From NCBI GenBank assembly GCA_002269645.1, contig NIVC01000553.1, positions 218,554 to 282,553 of the forward strand: a DNA stretch of 64,000 bases. The letters are read 5' to 3'. Position numbers and translations under genes: made by a program. This document shows, piece after piece, positions 1-10,629 of this stretch. The stretch comes from Macrostomum lignano. Its lineage: Eukaryota. Position 1 is the first letter of the stretch, and each line of letters begins with the position of its first letter. The notes below the pieces were generated by a model. It made no database searches and was not told where the DNA came from. It saw only the letters and a list, made by a program, of their open reading frames with translations.

Positions 1-1146
1 TATAATTTTCTACGTAACTGGTGCTGTCGCTCGCTCTACTGTTGCGGTAACAAAGTGCAAGTAGTGTGTTGACTCGCTTATTGCCACAGATGAGAGCTCA
101 AGAACTGACGAAGCCAACCTGTGCCATTCAATTTTTCTGGACAGCGTCGACAGAGGCGGCCTTGTAAGGCCCAGTGATTTTGCTTATCAGGTCGCAGTTC
201 ACTGTTGGAAAGTATTTCTGGGAATTTGGAATAGTGAAGCCACTAAAAACATGTTTTTGACGTTATCTTGCCATCGACAATTGTTCTGTAAAGTTTTTGA
301 TCGGTGCACCGACGATGAGCGGTTTTCAAGCGTACTCTTCGGCAATAACATGTGCACTGCCGGTCACAATATTCAGCACCATCTAGTTTGTAGGCTTTTT
401 AACTGCTTTAACTGCTTTGCCAAGAATTTCGTAAAAGACATGTCAAGCGCTACTCAGTCTAAAAGCGGTCCGAACCAGCGAAAGATTCCTAAGCTTTCAG
501 GAGCGTCTGCAATGCATTAGCTGGTGAGCTGTCAAATACATTATTTTGTATTCTTTTAGTAGATAGTACCACATTTGCCAAGTGGCTAGAGGATTTGTTA
601 CATAGCGATCGTATTCGACATCTCAACAGCGTTTCTAGTGTCTTCTTAATAATATTTGTCTAGCTTGTTCTTGCCCCTATTAAGTGCTACTTAGATGTAG
701 AATTTATCTTATTTTATTCGAAGTTCTAATAATTTAGACATATTTAATTGCCTGCTCTTCAGAAGAAATTTCTCATCTCTAGCATAAAGTAGCTATGTCA
801 ATTTTCCAGAAAGCGCTGTGTGGTTTTAAGCTTCAGTTATTTTAGGAAATTTTCTAAATTAATAACCTGGGGGGTAGAAAATCTTGGGCCGCATCTCGTA
901 CACCCCCAATTTCTGTTTCCTGTCCAGACCTTCTACTATTCAGGGGTCCGTGGCTGACGTAAACTACCCTTCAGGCAGGGCCGCTGTATAGGCAACCAGT
1001 GAGATCGATTGCATCTCTGGACTGCGAGCCGTATTGCCACCCCGTACCCCAGGTGAGAGCCAGTCGCCAATACTGCTGAGTTTGGGTCGACCCAAACTGG
1101 ACCCAAAACTCAACCCAAACACATCCAAGATGCCAGATCCCCGATC

Positions 1147-1201
1147 TATTCTTCACTTACTTACTCACTCACTTACTTACTTAATTACTTACTTACTTAC
1201 T
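1147..1201. repeat. (CTTA)n/(CTCA)n microsatellite
   Basis: Direct: cttacttactcactcacttacttac... Confidence 0.9.
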
Positions 1202-1444
1202 TATAATTAGTCCTTGATTTTCAATAGGTTATTAAAAAATCTGCGACAACTTCAAGACGACATGAGCTTACGCTCATAAACCGACTCTGAAGGAATTGTA
1301 GGAGACTGTCGAATATAATTCATTCGGGTCGATGGCGTTGTTGCGACTGCAGAGTTTGCGAAACTGCCTCCTGCGTAATGCAGTTTGTTTGCAGCTGTGA
1401 ACGCCAGAGATTCAACAATTGAAAGCCTGTCTTTACGAGTATAA

Positions 1445-2911
1445 AGACGCCATTTCCAGCGAGGCCGGCCTATCGTGTCTGACGTGCACAGCGAGTCATA
1501 TGCCAGCGGCCGCTTCATCGACAGCTTCCTGCAGCCGATCGTCATCAGGGATACCGACCACTTCCAGGCGGCCATCAGAGACATCACCTGCCCGGCGCCG
1601 GGTGAGACCTTTCTGTTCACCATGGACGTCTCCAGCCTGTACACCAACATCCTGACCGCGGACGGACTCGAGTGCGTGCGGAGGGCCTTCAGGGAGCACC
1701 CGGACGCCCGGCGCCCAGACGCGAGCCTCCTCAGTCTGCTCAAGCTGAACCTGGAGCGCAACGACTTCGAGTTCGACGGGAAACTTTTCCTGCAAGTGAA
1801 AGGCACGGCCATGGGGAAGTCGTTTGCACCCAGCTACAGCAACATCTACATGGGCTACTGGGAGCAGCGGGGCCTGGAGCTCAGCCCGCAGAAGCCTGCC
1901 CTGTGGCTTTGCTACATCGACGACATCTTTGGCGCCTGGCATGGAACGAGAGACGAGCTGGTCCGCTTCCAAGAGCTCCTGGATGGCCTCGACCCGAACA
2001 TCAGGTTGCAGCTGAGCTACAGCAGCACCGAGGTCAACTTCCTGGACACCACCGTCTTCTGGGACCGCGAGGGGGACTCCAAGCGTCTGGCGACCAGAGT
2101 CTTCTTCAAGCCCACGGACAGCCGAGCTCTTATCCACCGCGACTCATTTCACCCAAGGCGGACTTTCAAGGGTGTGGTCAAGTCCCAGCTCATCAGATAC
2201 GCCCGCAGGTGCTCCCAGATAGTCGACTTCAACGCGGCCTGTACCGAGCTGATGTCGAATCTGGCGCAGCACCAGGGCTACAACAGGCGATTTCTACGCG
2301 ATGTCAAGTATAAGGTGCTGGCGGAGTTGGGCTTCTACCCGACAAGGCAGTGGGAGTTCGGCTTCCTGCCTTGCAACCCGGTCCGGCTGTGCAAGTGCTG
2401 CCTTCACGCCAGGTTCACCTCTGTCTGTCCGGGATCCGCGTCCACGACCGTCACGATCACCATCAACCAGAGGATCGACTGCAACTCAATCAACGCCGTC
2501 TACACCGTGTTCTGCCGCCGCTGCGGCTGCACGGTCTACGTCGGCGAGACGGTCAACAGCATCCGCGGCCGCATGCTAGCGCACGTCGGCGACATCAGGC
2601 ACGCACGCGACACTCCAGTGGCCCGCCACTTCAGCAACCATGGCCACAGCCTCGAGGACTTCGCCTTCACTGGAGTGTGGACGCGAGACGGCTCTGGGTC
2701 CAAGGCCAATGAACGGCGTCAACGCCGGGAAGCCAAGCTCATCGCGGTCCTGAAGACTCTGGTCCCACATGGCGCCAACGAGCTGGCCGGGGTGCTGCAC
2801 AATCTAGCGATCCCACTGATCGTGCCGCACTGCGCTGGGTCGGACACCCTGGTTGCCAAGGTGAGGGACGGCATGGCACGGCACTGCGATGCCCCTGTAC
2901 TGCCGGATTAG
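1445..2911 (+). mobile_element. Penelope-like retroelement ORF fragment: reverse transcriptase + Cys-rich knuckle + GIY-YIG endonuclease; 5'-truncated
   Basis: RT motifs GRPIVS (1463), FTMDVSSLYTNI, QVKGTAMGKSFAPSYSNIYM, YIDD (1913-1924), VNFLD; thumb FFKPTD..HP..KSQLIRY..RCS; Cys cluster CNPVRLCKCC (2372); GIY-YIG VYTVFCRRC..YVGET..R..H..HF..RE..LI..PHGAN (2498-2780). In-frame TAA at 1442 removes the expected upstream PKIHK motif; GC content rises at about 1447. Confidence 0.93.
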
Positions 2912-3719
2912 AATCTCCAGGGCTCCGGCCAGTTTTGGGTCGCCGATTCGGAGGCTGCAAATGGGCTGGGATCTCCGACCGGAGACCTTAAAGGGTTTAA
3001 GATCTCCATCGGAAAATACAAACCGTTACATGTAGAAGATTGATAACCGTTGTGGAATCTCAGGGCATGGTCAGGTCTCCCCATCCGGAGATCCTAAACC
3101 AGATTATGTTGTCCCTCGGAGATTCTGCACCGTTTGCCGATCTCCATCACGACTGCAAAAACTAAGGTTTGATTCAGGATCTCTGGTTACCGATCTCTCC
3201 CATATTTATCTAGTCAGAAATTCTAATCTTTTTATTGTGAATAGTTACCTATCACATTCGCGTAATTTTGTGTTGGATCTCCCGGCCAGAGATCTTTAAC
3301 TCCGGAGAACAGAAATCCTAACACCGGAGCGCAGCCCCGAACCAAGGCGCAGTCAGAGACTGAGACAAAAACCAAGAGTTTTCTACAGGACCTGATTCAC
3401 GGACTACTTAAGTAGACTTAAGTTAACAAAAATTAAGTAGTTCGTGATCTGATTGGGGAAGGCTGACTGGGACTTGACCTGAACGGAACTAACTAAAGGG
3501 AGGAGATGCTATGTATGGCTTAGCCATAGATATGAATTTTAGCACAGGCTGCTCTTTATTTTTTCAAGTTGAACTACTATGCTCATACGTCAAAAAGCAA
3601 GGTTTATAAAAATAGAGCCCTGAATCTCGGCTCAGGATTGAGCAAAAATATGTCATTTAGCGGCTACGAGCTGCTACTCCAAAACCAATTACAGTCTCAG
3701 ACATAACAAAATCACCTAA

Positions 3720-3965
3720 TTCAAGTAAAATTTTTCAAAGAATGGAATGAAAATTTTTGAATAAACGACATTTAGCTTCTGACCTCTCAGCCTTGATATT
3801 TTAACTATTCCCCCAGTAAGCCTTGAAATCTCAGCAATTCCCCCAGTAAGCCTTGAAATCTCAGCAATTCCCCCAGTAAGCCTTGACATCTCAGCAATTC
3901 CCCCAGTAAGCCTTGACATCTCAGCAATTCCCCAAGTAAGCCTCGACATCTCAGCAATTTCAGTA
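3720..3965 (-). repeat. About 5 copies of the 30-bp CTTGACATCTCAGCAATTCCCCCAGTAAGC unit plus flank homologous to the Helitron-like internal module at 43.8-44.7 kb
   Basis: Tandem units at 3808-3965; reverse complement of 3730-3800 (tcaaggct..gtcagaagcta.atgt.gtttatt.aaaa.ttt) aligns by eye to 44265-44320. Confidence 0.8.
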
Positions 3966-4393
3966 AGACCCCCCACATAGCGTGGATAGGAATGACTGGT
4001 GCAACGGAGCGGCAAGAAGAGCACGAAACAATCAGAAGCAGGATTTTCTGCTTCAAGCGCTTTCATGCCTGAAACCAGCTGCGAGCCTCTGCAGACCTGC
4101 GCTGTCGATTGCTTTCTTGCTTTTAAGCTCCTTCCTTGCTTGCTTATTGAGAGCCTCTGAAAGTTATAAAAAGCATATATATAACGGTAAGCAATTGTTT
4201 TTTGTAGCATTGCTCCACAGCGAAATTCCCAAGTCCAAATATTATAACAGATCCCTTGGATTGGCCAGAGCAGAGATGCTCACTGAGGCTTCAAACATCA
4301 GGGCGGCAATAAAGTGCATCTCTTTCTGCAAATATTTTGCAGTTTATTTTCAACTCAGCCCAAACAGCCCATAAAAGGTTGAAAGCGTCGAAC

Positions 4394-5134
4394 ATGACAT
4401 CAATGAAAGTTGTGTCGCTGCTGCTGCTACTGCTTCTGAGCTCACCCGCTGTGTCCCCTGGCCAGGTGTTCCACGCCATCAACGGCTCGCTCTGCATCCG
4501 GCCCGAGTTCGTCAGAAACGAGCCCCTGGCCAAGTTGAGCGTCGAGTGCTCGCTGCTCTGCAGCATGGAGCCGCGCTGTCAGGCGTTCAGCCTGGCTGAC
4601 GGTCCGTGCCAGCTGTTCGTGTTCGACAAGTGCAGCAAGTCGGTGAGGGACTGCGGCTGCTCCAGGAGAGGCCGGGTGTTCGTGAAGCAGCAGCCGGGAC
4701 TCGAGCCGGGTGCGCTTTGTCCGTCCGACTTCGGAGACGACCACTGCGGAGTGAAGTACAAGCTCTTCAATGCGATTAACACCTGGACAGTGCAGAGACA
4801 GAGGTGCGAGTCGGAGAGCGGTCTGGTGATCATGGCGGACGTGATCGACAGCGCCGAGCTGGCTGCCATCGGACAAGTTTTCAACACGAAGGGTGGCGGC
4901 GTCTCCATGTGGGTCGGCGGCTTCCAGACTCCGGGCAGTGCGGAGCCCGGCGGAGGCTGGCGCTGGGTGGCCTGCAACATCAGCTTCGACGACAGCCTGT
5001 GGGGCAGCGGAGAACCCGACAACCGGTACAGAGGTACCGAGAACGCGGTGGCCGCCCGAACCTTTCTTGGAGACGCTGACAGTCGCGGCGCAGTCAGAAC
5101 CGGTCTGTGCGAGTGCCTGTCGCCGTTTAACTGA
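4394..5134 (+). CDS. Intronless secreted protein: signal peptide + PAN/apple-like domain + C-type lectin-like domain (246 aa)
   Basis: ATG 4394; hydrophobic leader VVSLLLLLLLSS; ECSLLCS..RCQAFS...CQL (PAN-like); CP..C, W..QRQRCE, MWVGG, WRW, WGSGEPDN, LCE (CTLD); GC-rich codons; CATAAAAG TATA-like element about 25 nt upstream. Confidence 0.85.
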   Translation: MTSMKVVSLLLLLLLSSPAVSPGQVFHAINGSLCIRPEFVRNEPLAKLSVECSLLCSMEPRCQAFSLADGPCQLFVFDKCSKSVRDCGCSRRGRVFVKQQPGLEPGALCPSDFGDDHCGVKYKLFNAINTWTVQRQRCESESGLVIMADVIDSAELAAIGQVFNTKGGGVSMWVGGFQTPGSAEPGGGWRWVACNISFDDSLWGSGEPDNRYRGTENAVAARTFLGDADSRGAVRTGLCECLSPFN

Positions 5135-5599
5135 CGCACTGATAAATTAATCTGATCCGTCAGATCAGAAGGCAACACCAGCCTCTGAGTTAATCAGTTT
5201 GAAAACTAATGCTCGTCATTTTTATCGGATTTTAAAGCCTCAGTCAGTCTTTACTCTTTTGATAACACCTTCAAATTTAATACAGTGTTAACCGCAGCTG
5301 TTTCACAGGTTTCGTTATTACACTTTAACTCACGGACCCAGGTTTAAATTAGAAAAATTTAATGCGAGTTCTGTTTTATCTGAACGAGATGTCAAGACGC
5401 ATAGGAGGAATTGCTGAGATGGCAAGACACATTGGGCCTTGACTTACTTGACTTAGCTGCAGGGCTGTTCCAGAAGGGACACAGCGGGAAGGCGCGAACG
5501 CCCATTCCGCTAATCCCTGAACGGCCGACGCATCGCTATGAGCGAAGGGTTGGCCCGCCCAGGGAGGTCTCCCAGTGTCGCCAGCAGCCATGATGCTCT

Positions 5600-7059
5600 C
5601 TGAATGGGAGAGTTCAGCCCTGCGGGTGGCCTGGAGGTAGCGCATGAGCTGATTAAAATTTTCGGGTTTGCACGCTTCAGTAATATATGTGTGTGGCCCG
5701 AGGTAAGTGAGTCTGGCTCGCATGAAGGCGGGACAGATGCTGACGAAATGCTCAGCGGTTTCGTCACCTGAGTTACAGAAACTGCAGATGGCGTTGGTGG
5801 CGTTGCCCTGCAGGTACTGGTGCCTGGAGAAGCAGCCGTGACCAGAGAGGGTCATGGTGGCAGCCCTGATGTCTCTTCGCGAGAGGCGCAAGAGGAGCTT
5901 CAGGAGCTGGCGAGAGGGCTGAGGGACAGCGCCTCTGAATTGCCTGCAAGTAGTGCAGTTCGCCCAGGCTGAGTGGTGCTGGGTCCTGATCCACGTTTTG
6001 ATGCGCGAGTCGATGACACAGCCGGGAATCGGGACAAGAGGTTCAGGCCCGAGAGAGGAGCCGGAGGCGCCAACTTTTGCAAGGGCGTCGGCTAACTCAT
6101 TCCATCGGATCCCTACATGCCCCGGAACCCACTAGGGTAGTTTTGTTGGTGGAACCTAACATATTAAGAAGTTTGATACAGTCAAGGACTGTAGCAGAGT
6201 TGACGCTGCAGCCACAGATGGCGTGCAAGGCAGCTTGGCTGTCCGAATGGAAAATGATGCTCTTACCGGTTACGCCAGTGGTGAGGAGCTCTGCGGTGCA
6301 GGAGCTGATGGCGATAACTTCATTTTGGAAAACACTGGAGTTGACCCCAGTGTATTGAGCGTGGGTAGCGATGACCCTACCGTTCAGGAAGATCCCAACA
6401 CCAAAGCCGGTGTTGGCTGACTGCTTAGAACCGTCGGTGTAGCAATGAAGCTCACCAGGGTTCCAGTGGTCATTGATGGTATCGCGCGGGTCGATAGCTA
6501 CAGAGTAGCGTTGTCTCAGGTTGAGCGTTGAAGAAATGCCATCGGTGAAGATGTGATTGGCCTCGCACTCACTGAGAATGTTGAGGCACCGGTCGCTATG
6601 TGGAACAAGGAGCAGGTGCTCTCATGTAGAGGAATTTTACGCCGGCAAAGGACGTGGACCTAGTGGCATTGCAGATAAGCCTACACGCTCTACCCTGGAT
6701 CGTGTTGAGCATCTCTGCATGGGTTTTGATCTGGGTGGCGCTGACCCAGACAACAGAGGCGTATGTAATGGCAGGTCTAATTACGGAAGTGTAGATCAAG
6801 GCGTGTCAGTTGAGCATCAAGGACTGTCTGAGAGATCAGTCCTCAGCCAAGCCTGGAGATGGACGGCTGTTGCCCGGGCCACACACATAAAAATCAGAGT
6901 AGCCAGAAGGAATGTTGGGCACCAGGGTTCCTGGATCAGGATGAGGCCTGGCCTGTACAGCTCAGCAATATTCATCAGATTTACTGACGCAGATACGCAA
7001 TGCTGTAAATTAATTTGCAGACAGAATGTCGCTCCTTTTGCAGCGTGGAGCTTAGCCAT
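5600..7059 (-). pseudogene. LINE ORF2 remnant (APE stub / RT thumb / RNase H / CCHC)
   Basis: Motifs as above with stops and frameshifts; only about 125 nt separate QEPW from IYTSV, so most of APE and the RT core are deleted. Confidence 0.85.
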
Positions 7060-8033
7060 ACTGTACTAAATGCAAGACTGGCTCGAACCCCGGGCCATCA
7101 AGGAGACTTGGACAACAGTTCGCCCTCGTCCAAGGCCCCCACCAGCCCCCTACCCCCCCCCCCCCCCCGGCAGAGTCCTCGGGCTCCGATGACAGGATGG
7201 AGGAGGTTTCCTCATCTGCATCTTTGCCCTCAGACCCCATCAGAGTGGCCGAGGAGAGCTCGGATTCCGAAGACCCGGTTTCATCCTCAACTCCTTCTTC
7301 GGCTGGCAGGTTTGGTTCCCGGGGCTTGGCCGGAGCCGTCGCCACAGACGCCGAATTACTTCTAGCAGAGGGGCGAGGTGCAGCATCGGCTTTAGGATTG
7401 GCTTGCGCCTTTCCTTGGGCCTCAGACTGCGCCTCTCTCTTGCCGGAGATGCCGGGGTTGGCAGTAGCCTTCCCTTTGGCAGACTTTCCTCGGCGCAACT
7501 TGAGCTTGAGGGCACCCAGCTGGAAAGAGGATCCATTAGGGTACCGACTCGCCCAAGCGTTGGAAAGGCCGAGGACAATTGATTTACCCGTCTCCCCCCT
7601 GCGGACATTGCGGTGATACGCCAGTCCACTAGCAGGGAGGTCGGGATTCAGGCGCAGTAGGACCCGGCGGATAACGTCTGGTCCAGCTGCGGTGCTCTCT
7701 GCAGGGACAAAAACCGCATAGCTGCCGCTTGGCGCGTTGCTTAGCGCGTTTGCGCTCAAGCCGAGCCCGCTGAGCTGCGTCGGATCTGCCAGATTTGGCC
7801 GGTCCTTTGGGCTCAGAGCTCGCGGTTCCCTTTGATCCACCAGCAGAGCTGGCAGGTCTTTGGGTACTTTGGTTTTGGCAGCTCTGGTTGGATCTGCCGG
7901 CAGAGCCAGCCGATCCTCCCTTTGCCACAGTTGAATCAGTCGGTTGGGATCTGCCAGCAGGGCCGGCCGGTCCTTCGGACTGAGGTTGGGGTTTAGAAGG
8001 ATCCCCGTCCTTAGGTAAAGTTTGTTTATCCAT
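7052..8033 (-). pseudogene. LINE ORF1 (gag-like) remnant, frameshifted
   Basis: Low-complexity N-terminus in one frame, VFVP..VLLRLNPDL..SIVLGL..FQLG.LKL core in another; stop overlaps the ORF2 ATG (TATGGCTAA). Confidence 0.7.
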
Positions 8034-9337
8034 AGTCGGCTCGAGGCCATTATAAAGGTTGGTGGGCTACCCTCGAAGGGGCGCGATACCCACCCGGCCG
8101 CTCCACCTGACCGGGCAGTAGGCCAAAAGAACCCTCAAAGCTGGCCCGACACCAGGAGGGGGACCGCTTGCAACCGGACTACTCCCCGGCCTTCCAGCCC
8201 ATCGGCACGGTCGAACATCTTAGGCATCAGAGGGTACGTTGAGCAGTACCACGGCCTGCGGACTGGCGAGCCAGACCCGCATACCCAAGTTCGGCCGTAG
8301 CCACTGGATGGGTCACCAGCGCCGGAGCCCAGTCTGTCCGGCAGCCCTAGGATCTGCCTTGAACACACGCGGGGACGGGTACCCCTGGGTCGGCTTGCGA
8401 GACAGCGTGGGGGGGGGGGTCTGCGGCTGCCAGAGGCAAACAGAGGGTGCAGACCTCCCACCGGCCTTTACCTGCTGAAGATGGGGGCAGGCATCGCAGA
8501 ACTTAGCCCTTGGGCCTGGTCTGTCTCATACTTCACTCTGGCATGCTGAATACGCCTTTGCGAGCAAACTCATTGGGAGATTACTGAACTGCTATGGCTC
8601 ATGGATGTTGCTGAGATGCTAATATTTTCTAGTTTTTTTTAATTCAACAAATGCCTAAAATGAGAGGTGTCTAGCTAACCTTCTGGTCTCCCAATTACAC
8701 CAATATTGATGGGCTGCAGAGGGCAGAAACGAGCTGTATCGCCGAGGTGCGTAGCATTCAAGTTTTTTAAATCTGAAATGCCAAAAAAGCAACTTTGCCT
8801 ACTTACTAAGTAGTAAAAAGGGTGGCATTTTTAGCGTCCCTGTCAGTACAGTGAGTATATTTGACCTCATCTCAGGCTCTCTACGGCCTCTCCAATCCCC
8901 TGGGGCTGGTTGCTAGGCTGTGTCCCCAAGTATTCGTGCTGCAATCGAATTTCGTTCATGCAAACACAAGCGCACTAGAAAGTTCTCCACGGAGGAAAAA
9001 TTGGTCTCGTTAGCCTATAAGCATGGCCTGGGTTTATCCAGACTTGATTTCCTGAGACCTGGATTAACTAACACACGAAACAAATTAGCTGATATATTCA
9101 GCAAAGAAGGTCTGGCCTGTCGCAACTGTAAATTGGAAAACAGAAGTTAATGTATGAATTATTCAGAAGTTTGCAGTAGATTGCGCTGCCTTGACATTTC
9201 AGCTTGCATGCACCATAATGACAGTTAAGTAAATGCACCCACCACATGTGAACTTACTGCCCGCCCGCTAATATACTAAAGAGGTGTCTTCTAGAATGCA
9301 TCGTATAAATGATGCATTATGGTATCAGGAATTGCAG

Positions 9338-9620
9338 TGGGGTGTCGGGGATTCAGTAGGGTGTCAGGGGATTCAGTAGGGTGTCAGGGGATTTAATGGG
9401 GTGTCAGGGGATTCAGTGGGGTGTCAGGGGATTCAGTGGGATGTCAGGGGATTCAGTGGGGTGTCAGGGGATTCAGTAGGGTGCCAGGAAATTCAGTGGG
9501 ATGTCAGGGGATTCAGTGGGGTGTCAGGGGATTCAATAGGGTGTCAGGGGATTCCGTAGGGTGTCAGCGGATTCAGTAGGGTGTCAGCGGATTCAGTAGG
9601 GTGTCAGGGGATTCAGTAGC
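9338..9620. repeat. 20-bp minisatellite (GGGTGTCAGGGGATTCAGTA)n
   Basis: About 14 tandem copies seen directly. Confidence 0.95.
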
Positions 9621-9624
9621 GAGA

Positions 9625-10132
9625 TTAGAAACAGTGTGATTCCACGGTGGAAACAGTTAGATTTCATGCAGGAATCAGTGAGATTTCACACAGGAAGCAG
9701 TGAGATTCCACGGTGGAAGCAGCAGTGAGATTCAACGGTGCAAGCAGTGAGATTTCATGCATGAATCAGTGAGATTTAATACAGGAAGCTGTGAGATTCC
9801 ACGGTGGAAGCAGTGAGATTTCATGCAGGAAACAGTGAGATTTAATACAGGAAGCTGTGAGATTCCACGGTAGAAGCAGTGAGATTTCATGCAGGAATCA
9901 GTGAGATTTAATACAGGAAGCTGTGAGATTCCACGGTGGAAGCAGTGAGATTTCATGCAGGAAACAGTGAGATTTAATACAGGAAGCTGTGAGATTCCAC
10001 GGTGGAAGCAGTGAGATTTCATGCAGGAAACAGTGAGATTTAATACAGGAAGCTGTGAGATTCCACGGTGGAAGCAGTGAGATTTCATGCAGGAAACAGT
10101 GAGATTTAATACAGGAAGCTGTGAGATTCCAC
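9625..10132. repeat. 66-bp tandem repeat built from three related 22-bp subunits
   Basis: gcagtgagatttcatgcaggaa / acagtgagatttaatacaggaa / gctgtgagattccacggtggaa, repeated. Confidence 0.9.
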
Positions 10133-10629
10133 ACAGAGGCCGTGATTGTGCGCAGGTAGCCCCTAATGAATAGACGCGTGGAAGCGAACAGCCGCTTTTT
10201 ACTTGGCCCGTTGACAATGGACCCGCAACCCGGCTATTATGAACCATCGCCCGATAGAGATGCGAGAGTGACTTGCCTGACTATTCTTCCTGAGCCAAAG
10301 TAATAAAAATAATGAGGCTGAGTCTTGACCGTCTGCTGGCTGCTGTATCAATATTAATTTAGATTTACAGTGTACACCATTAGGGGTTAGATAAAGCTAA
10401 TCTTATACCAAGTATTTGATACTGAGCTTTAGGAAGATTTAGGGTTTAGAAAAAATTCCCATGACAATATTATTGGATAGATTATGATGCTGCTAGTTGA
10501 GGCTAATTCTGATTTAGCACGCGAAGTGAGGAAATTCACGCACCGGATTGAACTGTCGTGTTGAATCGAATTAGCTGATTTTGCTGGGGACTTTTGAAGG
10601 GCGAATATTGGATGCGGTCTCTGCTGAAG

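Larger units (their letters stand above)
5440..8509 (-). mobile_element. Non-LTR retrotransposon (LOA/R1/I-group-like, RNase H-containing), internally deleted and frameshifted
   Basis: ORF1 gag-like region 8033-7052 (frameshift near 7690); ORF2 ATG 7059 with APE N-terminus QINLQH..LILIQEPW; RT thumb IYTSVIRPAITYASVVW (6796); RNase H YTDGSK (6441-6424), VFQNEVIAI, FHSDSQAAL, WVPGHVGI..NELADALAK; CCHC knuckle CSFC..ETAEHFVSIC; 3' tail AAGTCAAGTAAGTCAA; direct repeat TTGGGCCT at 5432-5439 and 8510-8517 (candidate TSD). Confidence 0.9.

Noticed and set aside
1-860. ORF 251-520 and CTGACGA at about 103
   Set aside because: No homology cues; no downstream GAAA or stems for a ribozyme
2160-2200. 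Minus-strand CTGATGAG...GAAA inside the PLE ORF
   Set aside because: No closing stem II pair; explained by the coding sequence KSQLIR
8040-8509. Possible HDV-like ribozyme in the LINE 5' UTR
   Set aside because: Several stems exist, but I could not assign a consistent P1/P2/P3/L3 double pseudoknot by eye; needs a descriptor search
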